From Paraspadella gotoi (Eukaryota; Animalia; Chaetognatha): a DNA stretch of 64,000 nucleotides. Positions within the stretch are counted from its first letter, which is position 1. Each line of letters begins with the position of its first letter. Position numbers and translations under genes: made by a program. The notes under the pieces were generated by a model that made no database searches, was not told where the DNA came from, and worked only from the letters and a program-made list of their open reading frames with translations. Shown here one piece after another: positions 13,401 through 22,901 of the stretch. The stretch spans positions 7,137,205 through 7,201,204 of the forward strand of contig CM119267.1 of assembly GCA_051294375.1 (NCBI GenBank), given 5' to 3'.

Positions 13401-14822
13401 AGGAGAAGAGAGAAAGAGACGAAAAACAGAAGAAGGTCTTTTCGTATAGTTCGGCTTTAGGTTTTCGAAGTCGCGCTTAATCAGTCGTGGCATTTATTAG
13501 TGGTTTCATGCTTTCTTTGTATTTCTCTTTCACTTATTTATTCCGTAATAAATCTTCTCTGTTATTTCTTGCAATTTCTCTCCGGCCATCTTCACCCACA
13601 ACCCTTTCTCTCTTCCCATTACCCTCGACCCGGCACGACCCTCCATACCGATCCCAAACCTCCCGCCCACCCTCACTCCCCTCACTCCCCTCACTCCCCT
13701 CACTCCCTCCTAATCCCCTTCTCTATCTCACGACTCCCCTCCCCCCCCCCCAGGTCTCAGCCTTCACGAACGTAACGTGTGATGTACTCTGGTTCCATCG
13801 CTGGTCCGTCTCTTCCGCAGTCACGATCTTCTTGGCCTACTACGGCTGCTTCGCCGCCAACGACGAACTCGATCATTCCGAGAGCTGCGATAACAACACC
13901 GCCGCCGCCTTCAACGCCACCGTCGCTTTCGCCGCAACGAACGCCACCGTGGGCGCCACCGTCGCTACGCTATTCCCCGCCAACGGCACTTTCGCTACCG
14001 ACGTCGATCCGACCGTCCTCTCTAACATTTTCTCTCGGGTCTTCTTCCGCGTCGATTCCAACCGGCGAGATTTCTTCCTCGGCACCCTTTTCACTGCTCT
14101 CGCCTTCGCCATTCTCTGGCAGCTGCGGGTTCGGCAGCATTTGCCGCCGGTGCTGCGGAAACGCGAGCGCCAAAAGAAGGTCGTCCTCATCGGCGACGAC
14201 GGCGTCGGCAAATCCGCGGCGCTCCACGTCTACGAGTCGGGAAGATACGTCACGATGGACCGGACGTGCGCCGAGCGGCCCGTCGAGGTGCGCCGAGAAT
14301 TCTTCGGCGTCGACTTCGATTTCGTCGTGGAGGATTTGCCCGGAGGGAGTCCGCCGCAGAAGTTGAAGGATCCGGATGTGATCGTTGTCTTTTTCGACGT
14401 GTCCAAGTGAGATGGAAAAGAATAGAATGATAAAAGGGGAATTTGCTATGATTATTGATTAAGTATTGTAATCACACGATCACCTTCCACCCACCAATCC
14501 CCATCGCCCTTTTCCAGCCGCACCTCCTTTCTCAACGCCCGCAATCTTTACTGCCCCCAAACGCGCGATTTCTTTCCTTCGGCCAAACTCCTCGTCGTCG
14601 GCGCGATGACGGACAAGCGCGATTTGAAGAACTTCTTCGACGACTTCGTGGGTCAAGCCGAGGTCGACGCCGAGATCAGCGGCGCCGACAACGACGACGA
14701 CAACATCGCCTACGTCGAGTGCTCGTCGAGGGAGTTGAAAGGCGTCGACGAGGCCTTCGAGACGGCCTTCAGGATGGCGATTGGAGATTCATGTTTGAGA
14801 TTCAAGAGGATGTTGAAGATGT

Positions 14823-14827
<5 letters not shown>
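10667..14827 (+). CDS. XK-related (XKR/CED-8-like) multipass membrane protein fused to a C-terminal atypical Rho-like GTPase domain; 7 exons, 618 aa
   Basis: Hand-spliced exons 10667-10845, 11533-11652, 12083-12266, 12587-12821, 13008-13190, 13761-14406 and 14518-14827. All introns are GT-AG with compatible phases, total 1857 nt in one open frame. XK-like motifs: FYVVDLAL, HWTLWTLFLIVVPG, LLGPALNR, KLIQAICASYPQALFQVY (cf. RLLEAFLESAPQLVLQLY). Rho-like motifs: KKVVLIGDDGVGKS, DVIVVFFDV, LLVVGAMTDKR, YVECSS, GVDEAFETA. Confidence 0.85.
10960..11120 (+). mobile_element. Degenerate tRNA-derived SINE-like element in intron 1 of the XK-Rho gene
   Basis: B-box-like GGTTCTAGCCC downstream of TGGTGCCGGAGG; body motif gcttaacc...acagcctgatcc also appears near 38140-38190 (-). 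Confidence 0.4.
11533..11652 (+). CDS. XK-Rho gene exon 2 (second TM helix; absent from the ORF track)
   Basis: Acceptor ttcag|T, donor TG|gtaagg; translates EVCMEDGTMAHPHWTLWTLFLIVVPGYFIAIYNIMRQWK, resembling the XKR WFGLTLxxxxxP segment. Confidence 0.8.
11678..12039 (+). mobile_element. LTR-like segment plus tRNA-Leu PBS plus duplicated 29-bp end, in intron 2 of the XK-Rho gene
   Basis: Starts TGTAA, contains TATAAATA and AATAAA, and is followed by TGGTGGCAGCGGTGGGAT. Direct repeats at 11944-11972 and 12011-12039 match 27/29. The canonical terminal CA is absent. Confidence 0.5.
11973..12006 (-). pseudogene. 3' half of tRNA-Leu (AAG/TAG type) including CCA; on the + strand an extended primer-binding site
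   Basis: Reverse complement GGAGGCGTCGGTTCGAATCCCACCGCTGCCA-CCA matches the conserved metazoan tRNA-Leu 3' end (GGAGGCGTGGGTTCGAATCCCACCGCTGCCA) with one mismatch. Confidence 0.8.
12083..12266 (+). CDS. XK-Rho gene exon 3
   Basis: Acceptor ttccag|G, donor ATT|gtgagg; translates MGGTRWAQLALVISNLVLLGPALNRLQY...RLWNLI. Confidence 0.8.
12587..12821 (+). CDS. XK-Rho gene exon 4 (XK signature SxPQxxxQxY)
   Basis: Acceptor caaag|GTA, donor A|gtgagt; translates VMSKLIQAICASYPQALFQVYLAVRE...FLTIASSLATFVHSF. Confidence 0.82.
13008..13190 (+). CDS. XK-Rho gene exon 5 (hydrophobic TM segments)
   Basis: Acceptor ttttcag|AG, donor G|gtaagg; translates MMWLTLVLSSALSLPLFAAY...LLALFLLIVYPLFF...YLFFHQ. Confidence 0.8.
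13761..14406 (+). CDS. XK-Rho gene exon 6: last TM helices, N-glycosylation-rich loop and G1-G3 of the GTPase domain in one exon
   Basis: Phase-compatible acceptor tctcag|CC, donor AA|gtgaga; continuous frame FLGTLFTALAFAILWQL...RERQKKVVLIGDDGVGKS...EDLPGG...DVIVVFFDVS. Confidence 0.85.
14518..14827 (+). CDS. XK-Rho gene exon 7 (GTPase G4-G5 and stop)
   Basis: Acceptor ttttccag|C; translates RTSFLNARNLYCPQTRDFFPSAKLLVVGAMTDKR...YVECSSRELKGVDEAFETAFRMAI...MF*, aligning by eye with RhoA [32 protein letters not shown]...YMECSAKTKDGVREVFEMA. Confidence 0.85.
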
Positions 14828-14866
<39 letters not shown>

Positions 14867-15155
14867 GATGTCATAGTTGAGTTTTTAATGCTATAAACTT
14901 TCAAATGCACAAAACTCGAAAGGCCGGATTTCATTTTAGATTATCTACTTCCCGCGGGCTTCATTCTCTTTCTGCGGGTCCTAATCACTTTGAACCGAAT
15001 TCGCGAAAAAATTACTTGTTTTTTTTTCTAATTATACATTTATAAAAAAATCGTGATTGTGTATTTCATAATTTATGAAACTAATCATCGCCTTGTAGCT
15101 ACATACTTTTATTTGTCATTAAAGTAACAAATTTTTTATACGTTTTTGATCGCTT

Positions 15156-15161
15156 AATAAA
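15156..15161 (+). promoter_or_regulatory. Candidate polyadenylation signal (AATAAA) of the XK-Rho gene
   Basis: AATAAA about 330 nt after the stop codon; the AT-rich context makes a chance occurrence plausible. Confidence 0.3.
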
Positions 15162-15354
15162 AATCTCTCGAGCTCTTCAAATCCGATGATTAATTTTTTT
15201 TGGGTGGAATCGAATGGAATCGAAAAACAAAAACTTTGAATTTCAATTCTGCGTCACTAAACTTCCCCTCACTGGCTCTCTTCACGATTAGTCACGTTTC
15301 GTCACATTTCTGAGTCATTATTCGTCTCACCAACGCTCATCATTTGGCAATATT

Positions 15355-15821
15355 TTTTCGAAATCGCCCAATTTTTGTTTATAATCCCCGAATTTAATTT
15401 TAACCTAAATATTTCACCTTAATCTTTTTACTGAATATTTAACCAGATCTTTGACCTTAATTCCTAACCTAATCTCTGATCCTGATCCATAACTTTATCC
15501 CCTAACCTTTAACCTTAATTCTTAACCAAATCTGTAACCAAATCTCTGATCCTGATCCATAACTTTATCCCCTAACCTTTAACCTTAATTCTTAACCAAA
15601 TCTTTGATCCTGATCCATAACTTTATCCCCTAACCTTTAACCTTAATTCTTAACCAAATCTCTGATCCTGATCCATTACTTTATCCCCTAACCTTTAAAC
15701 TTAATTCTTAACCAAATTTCTGATCCTAATCCTTAACCTAATCTCATCCTTAACGCTCGCTTTATTTTTAAATTTAAAAACTTGATTATTAATACAAACT
15801 GAAATGGGACACTTTTGAAAA
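15355..15821. mobile_element. Second MITE-like element of the same family, with an internal 58-bp minisatellite
   Basis: Left end TTTTCGAAATCGCCCAATTT, right end AAATGGGACACTTTTGAAAA; interior has about 4.5 copies of taaccaaatctctgatcctgatccataactttatcccctaacctttaaccttaattct. Confidence 0.5.
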
Positions 15822-15948
15822 ATTTTTCCCACCCTTATTCCTGCCGCCAAGCGTGATAATCAAAGTCGCTCGGTTACTCAGATAAAAATTTAAAAGCCAA
15901 CAGGTTTTATTGTCTTTCCCCCCCAAGCCCGAAATTGTCTTTTATATA

Positions 15949-16042
<94 letters not shown>
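15949..16042. repeat. (TAA)~30 microsatellite
   Basis: Read directly. Confidence 0.95.
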
Positions 16043-16354
16043 TATAAATAATTGGTTGTACCAATTTCATAACATAATATAATTCGTTCACACTTCCCAC
16101 CAAGCAAAGATATTTCAATTCACGACTTCATATCGCGTGATCGTGATGACGATACGTCTAATCCGACCGTCGCTTCAGTCACGGTCGTCAGTCTGTCACG
16201 TGACGTTGAGCGAATCACAAGCTCGACTCACAAGTCACTCATCCGTCGAAAAAAAGCATCGACGAGGAAAAACAAACGATGAGATGGGAGAGGCGTTTCA
16301 TCCAAAATTAACAAGGAGAAGAATCCATATTGGCCAATAATTATNNNNNNNNNN

Positions 16355-17410
16355 GGCCAATAAATATAAGAGCGGAGTAATTCCCGAGAGCTCGTCTCCG
16401 ATGGGTCTCTTAGATCCGCAGCGCGACTCGGTAGGCGAAGAAACTTCGCTTCGGAAAAAACCTTCGGCTCGACTCGAGCGGGTGGAGGAAGAGTTCTCCT
16501 ATCGGGATCGAGGCAGATAACGACTAATGGCGCCGCCCTCGAGCATTCGATTGAGGCTCCGTCCGCTTAGGATGCTTAGGATGCTTAGGATGCTGACGAC
16601 GGCGGAGGAGCCGACGGCCATTGGCGGTTAAGATGGTAAATGTAAATGTTAATGTAAATGTAAATGCAAGAAGCAACAATATAAAGAATGCGCACCACCC
16701 TCGTTAATCGCAACGGGAAAAGGAGACGCATCCGTCGTTCCTTGATTTTACGAATATTTTTTTCTTGTTTAGTCCCGCTTTTTATTTTCCTCTCAGTTCT
16801 TCTTCTTTTCTAATCTTTCCTTTCTTTAACTCTCTTCTATTTCTCTTTCTTATTCTTTCCTTTTTTTAACTCTCCTNNNNNNNNNNGGCCAATAAATATA
16901 AGCGCGGAGTAATTTCCGAGAGCTCGTCTACCGATGGGTCTCTTAGATCCGTAGCGCGACTCGGGAGGCGAAGAACCTTCGCCACGGAAAAAACCTTCGG
17001 CTCGACTCGAGCGGGTGGAGGAGTAGGAAGAAGTCTCCTATCGGGTTCGAGGCAGATAACGACTAAGCGAGGCTAATGCCGCTAATGGCGCCGCCCCCGA
17101 GCATTCGATCGAGGCTCCGTCCACTTAGGATGGTGACGCTAAGCGTTGCTGACGACGGCCATTGGCGGTTAGGATGGTAAATGTAAATGCAAGAAGCAAC
17201 AATATAAAGAATGCGCATCACCCTCGTTAATCGCAACGGGAAAAGGAGACGCATCCGTCGTTCCTTGATTTTACGAATATTTTTTCTCGTTTACTAAACA
17301 ATGTTTAGTCCCGCTTTTTATTTTCCTCTCAGTTCTTCTTCTTTTCTATTCTTTCCTTTCTTTAACTCTCTTTTATTTCTCTTTCTTATTCTTTCCTTTT
17401 TTTTTAACTC
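16355..17410. repeat. Direct duplicate pair (16355-16876 and 16887-~17410) separated by a 10-N gap; probably uncollapsed haplotypes
   Basis: Both copies start ggccaataaatataag immediately after a 10-N gap and differ by SNPs and short indels. Confidence 0.8.
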
Positions 17411-17520
17411 TCCTCTATTTCTCTTTCCTATTCTTTCCTTTTTTTAACTCTCCTCTATTTCTCTTCCCTATTCTTTCCTTTTTTTTAACTCTCCTCTATT
17501 TCTCTTTCTATTCTTTCCTT
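17362..17520. repeat. ~40-bp pyrimidine-rich tandem repeat, about 4 copies
   Basis: Unit ttaactctcctctatttctctttcctattctttcc(t)n. Confidence 0.8.
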
Positions 17521-18227
17521 CAGTTTCCTTTTCACACTTTTTCTTCGTTTTCCATTTTTCTCGACGAAATTTTTTTTTTTTCGAAAAATTATTTGTATTT
17601 TTTTCTCAGCCTCCATAATGCGTCCCTTTTTTTTGTCGTCGTCGTCGTTGTCGTCGTTTTTTTCCCTAATTTTTGGTTTTTAATTACCCTCTTTAACGAT
17701 AAATTATTGCCAAAGTCATTTTTTTTAGTTTCTCCTCCACTAAGTGATTATGAAGTTTTCGTGTATGAACATTATACCGAAATAACAACACAAAATCAAT
17801 ACTTTGTTAGAAACTTAGCAACTAGCAAAGCGGATAAAAGAAAACATAGGAAAATATTATACTTCTAATAACCGGCCTAGATCCGCCGACTTTCCCATCT
17901 TCACTGCATCGAGACTGCATCTCGTTGTTGTCGTCGTCGTCTTTTCCTTTTTTTTTTTCTATTTTGCCACAACCGAAAGGAGGAAACGAAGCCAAGAAAA
18001 ACGACTCCTCCTTATTTTCTTTTCTCGCCTTTACTCCCTCTCCCTCTCTCTCTCTCCCTCTCTCTCTCACTCTAGCCAAGATAAATGAAGGATTTTCTAC
18101 GGAGAAACCGAATCCGAATCCAATTTTCGGTTTCTTCTCCTTCCAAATAAAAAGAAAAATAAAAATGACTCCCGACCAAATAAAACGAGATAAAAAATCG
18201 ACTTCGCCAAAATAAAACAAAACAAAA

Positions 18228-18577
18228 AACAAGGTCGGTCCATCCAATGTGTTGCGCCGCTGTGACTTTCTTTTCACGTGTATTTTGACTACATGACTAG
18301 GAAATTTTATGATTAACAAACGTCTTTATATTGTATTTGTTTTTATGACACTGAACTGCATTAGAATTTCGTCTTTTATTCTTTATAGTTTTATATTTTA
18401 TATTTTTATATTTTTATATTCTTTATAGCGGTCACTTAGATTTGATTTTTTTTTCTTGTCTTAATAAATGAGCAACCAACTATATGCGAGTAATGAGAAT
18501 TTTTAATGTAAGTAGGACAGACCGACGGACCGACATACCGACCGACCGACAGACGGACTCGCGGCGAAACTAAAAAA
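18228..18577 (-). mobile_element. Non-autonomous Helentron/HINE (DINE-1-like) element
   Basis: Minus strand begins TTTTTAG, has a (GTCN)n microsatellite and ends CCGACCTTGTT; homologous to the copies at 56427-56717 and 59973-60368. Confidence 0.65.
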
Positions 18578-18915
18578 CGCTTTACCTACTGCCATCCCCT
18601 CCCCTCCCCTTAACTCCCCTATTTTCCCCTCTCTCTCCCCACCGCGCGCCCAAGAGAGAGAGAGAGAGATAAGTTAAAGATAGAGAAGAGGTTTTTTTTT
18701 TTTGGCTCCTTTCAGTAGTAGGTTCCCTGGCGCGCCACGTTTCCGCCACGTTTCTCTGCCACGTCGGCGGCCACGCCCAAAAATCGGAAACGAGTGCCAA
18801 AACGAAAGAGTTTTTCTTTGCGACTTTATTTTGGGTTTTATTTAATCAAAAGTGAGAAGCGGAATTAGAATAACAAAGAGACGAAGCGTTAAGCTTTGAG
18901 GTTGAAGCTCGTTCG

Positions 18916-19231
18916 TCTTGCCTTGCCTTGTCTTGTCTTATCTTATCTTATCTTATCTTATCTTATCTTATCTTATCTTATCTTATCTTATCTTATCTTA
19001 TCTTATCTTGACTTGACTTGACTTGACTTGACTTGACTTGACTTGACTTGACTTGACTTGACTTGACTTGACTTGACTTGACTTACTTGACTTACTTGAC
19101 TTACTTGACTTACTTGACTGACTTGTCTTACTTGACTGACTTGTCTTGTCTTGTCTTGTCTTGTCTTGTCTTGTCTTGTCTTGTCTTGTCTTGTCTTGTC
19201 TTGTCTTGTCTTGTCTTGTCTTGTCTTGTCT
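18916..19231. repeat. Compound pentanucleotide microsatellite (CTTAT)n(CTTGA)n(CTTACTTGA)n(CTTGT)n
   Basis: Read directly. Confidence 0.95.
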
Positions 19232-19460
19232 AGTTTAAAATGGAAGCGGTGAAAATTCTATTTAATCTTAGAACGTACTATTTTAAGAGAACAAGTTTTT
19301 CCGAAAGGAACAAAAGTTTTTAGTCTATAGAATATATAATATATATAGTATACTATATAAGACATTGTATTAATTATTATTCATAGAATAAACCCTGGTT
19401 AACAATGGTAAAAAGGAGAAGAGGCATTGTCGTTGACAATCGGTCTGAAAGAGCGTGACC

Positions 19461-19528
<68 letters not shown>

Positions 19529-19578
19529 GAAAGAGAGAGAGAGCAGAGAGAGCAGACGAGAGAGGAGCGATAAGACGA

Positions 19579-19621
<43 letters not shown>

Positions 19622-20070
19622 TCGAGATTCGCGTCACGATTGAGGGAAATTGGGTCAAAATCCAAGTGCCCGAAAAAATACATATCCCTTTGTGAGTCTC
19701 GGAGCAAACGATTGTAAAGAGTTTTTTCCTGTTTAAATCACAAAATGGTTTAATTCTTTTGCACATGATATGTATAATATTGTATATATATATAAACAAA
19801 CAGACATTTCTTAACAATTCTGGCACCGCGCCGGCCCCTTTTTGTTTGTCTCCTCGCCCGTCAATCCTAGGGGCCGCCCTTTGTCCCTTTCTTTCTCTCC
19901 CGCGAATCCCGGATTCTAGTTTCGCCCGCGGGGCCGACAGAGGCGCTGGGGGTCGTCTGAGTCGATCCCGCGGACCGAAACAGGGACTCGCATTAGCGAT
20001 TCGACAAAAGGACAACAAACGAGCCTCGGAGAGAGAGAGAGAGAGAGAAGAGAGAGAAGAGAGAGAGGAG

Positions 20071-20138
<68 letters not shown>

Positions 20139-20675
20139 GTTGACCATGCTTTTAATTCCAAAGGGAAAGGATGATATTAAAAACAAAAAATAACCATCCT
20201 GGACATTCGATATTCTTTAGCTAATAGAAAACTAAAATGTCAAGGAATTAACAGACTTATTAACTTAATTTTATTAACTCAACTATATGAACTTTATTAA
20301 CTTAACTTACCAACTTATTAACTCGAGCCTCGACTTATTAACTCGAGCAGCGACTTATGATTCAGTCTGGCGTCTGCCTCTTGTTTTTTCCCTTTTTTTT
20401 TCATTTTTGTTTATTACTTAACAGGGAGAGACGTCGACCTCTTTGATTGATGGCGATTCAGTTGGGGGGGGAGAAAGGAAAATCGCGCGACGCAGATGTG
20501 TGATGTTGTGTGTGGTGTTGGGAGAGAATGTGTGGGGTGAGGGGCGAGGGAAAAGATGGCGGGCCGGGAGGAGGAGGAAAAGGAGTAGGAGTCGAAAAGT
20601 AATTACGGCGGAACAGCTGCATTATCGAATTCGGTCCGTTCGTCGAAAGAGTCTGGGTTTCGTTCGAGACACTTA

Positions 20676-20763
<88 letters not shown>

Positions 20764-22709
20764 CCCCTGTACCACTCTCCTGTTTGATCCGCCCCCTTTT
20801 TCCTCAGCTCTTTAAATCCGATTCTTCACGTAAGTCCAACAAGGAATTATTTATTCCACCGTCATTTCCCAAATTAAATCATTAACCGTTGCGCTTTACC
20901 CATCTGCTATCGTTCCCAACTTTCATTTAACAGTCTTAACTTACCTTTCTTCTACCCTACCTTCTCTCTTTTGAACCGACTGCGTGCGACGAACTGAACT
21001 TTTCACTCTGGCGCTTTTCTCTTCTACCACATAGATACGTTTTTTACCTCACCAAACCTTTTTCATCGCCTTTTTAATCTGCACCTAAGATTACTTAATT
21101 ACTTACATTACCCAATTACATTACTTTACATTACTTACACCTGAGATTACTTAATTACTTACTTACTTAACCTAAACGGTATTCTTAAAAATTCCATTTC
21201 CCCTTTCAACTCCCTTTTCCCTCCTCATTCCACAAACCCTTCCATTCCCCTTTCCCTTCTTTCCACTCCCCTTCCACCTCCATTTCTCTCCTCTTTCCAC
21301 TCCTCTTTCCACAGTCCTTCCCTCCCCATTTTCCATTCGTCCTTTCCACTTCCCCTTTCCACTCCCCCCTCCCTCTCCCTCTCCCTCCCACCACAACCCC
21401 CTCCCCCTTCGTCCCGGAATCCGCGCCTGTTTCTTTGCTTCCCATTTATTTTCCTCTTTAACCTTCAATCTTCGTCTTTTGTAGTTTGTCGTCGTTATTC
21501 GTCGTCGTCTTCGTCGTTGTCGTCGTCGTAGTCGTTCTCTACTCGTCGTTTACATAGTCATCATGGAAAATTGTTACCATCATGTCACGTCACGTCATGT
21601 CTTGTCATGATATTATGAAATTGTAACAACCAATGTGAAAATCATCCATTTATTCAATGAATAAGGTATCTTGCCCCCAACTTTAAGCAATGGACAGGCG
21701 ATGAAGGGCTAAGGCCTCCCTCCCTCTTACAAGACCCTGCAAGCTTTCAATCAGGACTCTCTCGCAGTCTGATTTATTAGCACCCATAGTGCCTGGCTTG
21801 CATAGGTATCAACGTAGTGGTATCGGGTATGACATTTCAATAAACTGTTTAAATTGTATAAAAGGATCTCTCCCTCAAGTATCACGTCTGGGAATACTAT
21901 ATTGTACCCCGCAATAGCTTCAAACAGACAAACGGACATACAAGGACGTTAAAAGAAACAAAAAAACACGCTTGGAGAGCCAGACAAAACGGGATGGGAA
22001 AAAAACTAATCAAAAACTAAAACTGAAAAAAACAAAAAAACAAAAGGTAAGCAACTTCCGTAACCTGGAATGCGATTTGATTTTTTTGGTTGGAATGAAA
22101 TGAAATGAAATCAAGTAGTCGTTGATCGATCTTATCTATTTTATTACAAATTTGGTGCAAAGTCGATCCCCTAATCATTCAAATCTTCGTTTCGAAGATT
22201 AGAGAAGTTAGTAATTTATTTTTATGCAGTGAATTACTAGTTTTCTTTTTTCGTTTTTTTTTTTTTTTTGACTAAAATTCCTTCTTTTTTTTTTTAACTG
22301 AAAGAAAAAAGCCACTTAAAATTTATATATCCATGGTCATGGCTTTTGTTTTATTGTTTTTTTTTTTAGTTTCTTTTAATCATGTGAATCAAACGATACT
22401 CAGAAAACACCAATCAAAAATATTTATGTAAAAAGGAAAAAGGATATAAAACGAAAAAAAAAACGTCATCGGGTAAAAATCACGTGAATTTGATAATCTT
22501 GATAACTGAATAACTGACAAAAGATCAAACTATCTAAACTTGTTATTGCGAGTTTGCTGTTTATATAAACTAACGATAAGCGACCTCGGCACCGTGACCA
22601 GCATCAAATCAAACTCCCCCACAAGAGCAACAACAGCAACATCCCCAGGCCGTCTCCATCTCCGACCTCGACGTCCGCTCGCCCCGTCTCACCGACTTCT
22701 CTCACTCCG

Positions 22710-22901
22710 ATGGGTTCCAACCACTCGCGCGACTTCGAGTCCGAGCGAGAGATCTTCAAATCCAAGTTCGAAGCGAATCGGCGCGCGTCGACGAGCCTCT
22801 CCGTGCAGGACTTCGACCGCGTCGCCACCGTCGGCACCGGAACCTTCGGTCGGGTCGTCCTCGTCCGGAGGAAGGGCGAGAAGGGGGTCTTCGCCTTGAA
22901 G
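22710..22901 (+). CDS. PKA-C-like exon 1 (MGxxxS myristoylation motif, Gly-rich loop, catalytic Lys)
   Basis: Translates MGSNHS...[31 protein letters not shown]; donor AAG|gttctt. Confidence 0.85.

Noticed and set aside
13487-13760. N-terminal part of the 307-aa ORF as coding sequence
   Set aside because: It is pyrimidine-rich intron sequence (ccctcactc repeats, poly-C) upstream of the phase-compatible acceptor at 13760.
16355-17410. Tandem duplication
   Set aside because: Both copies start at the same base after 10-N gaps, which is best explained by allelic contigs scaffolded in series.
19377-20186. Long SLSL/ERER ORFs (also at 37358-39119, 43495-44953 and elsewhere)
   Set aside because: Translations of (GA)n/(TC)n microsatellites.
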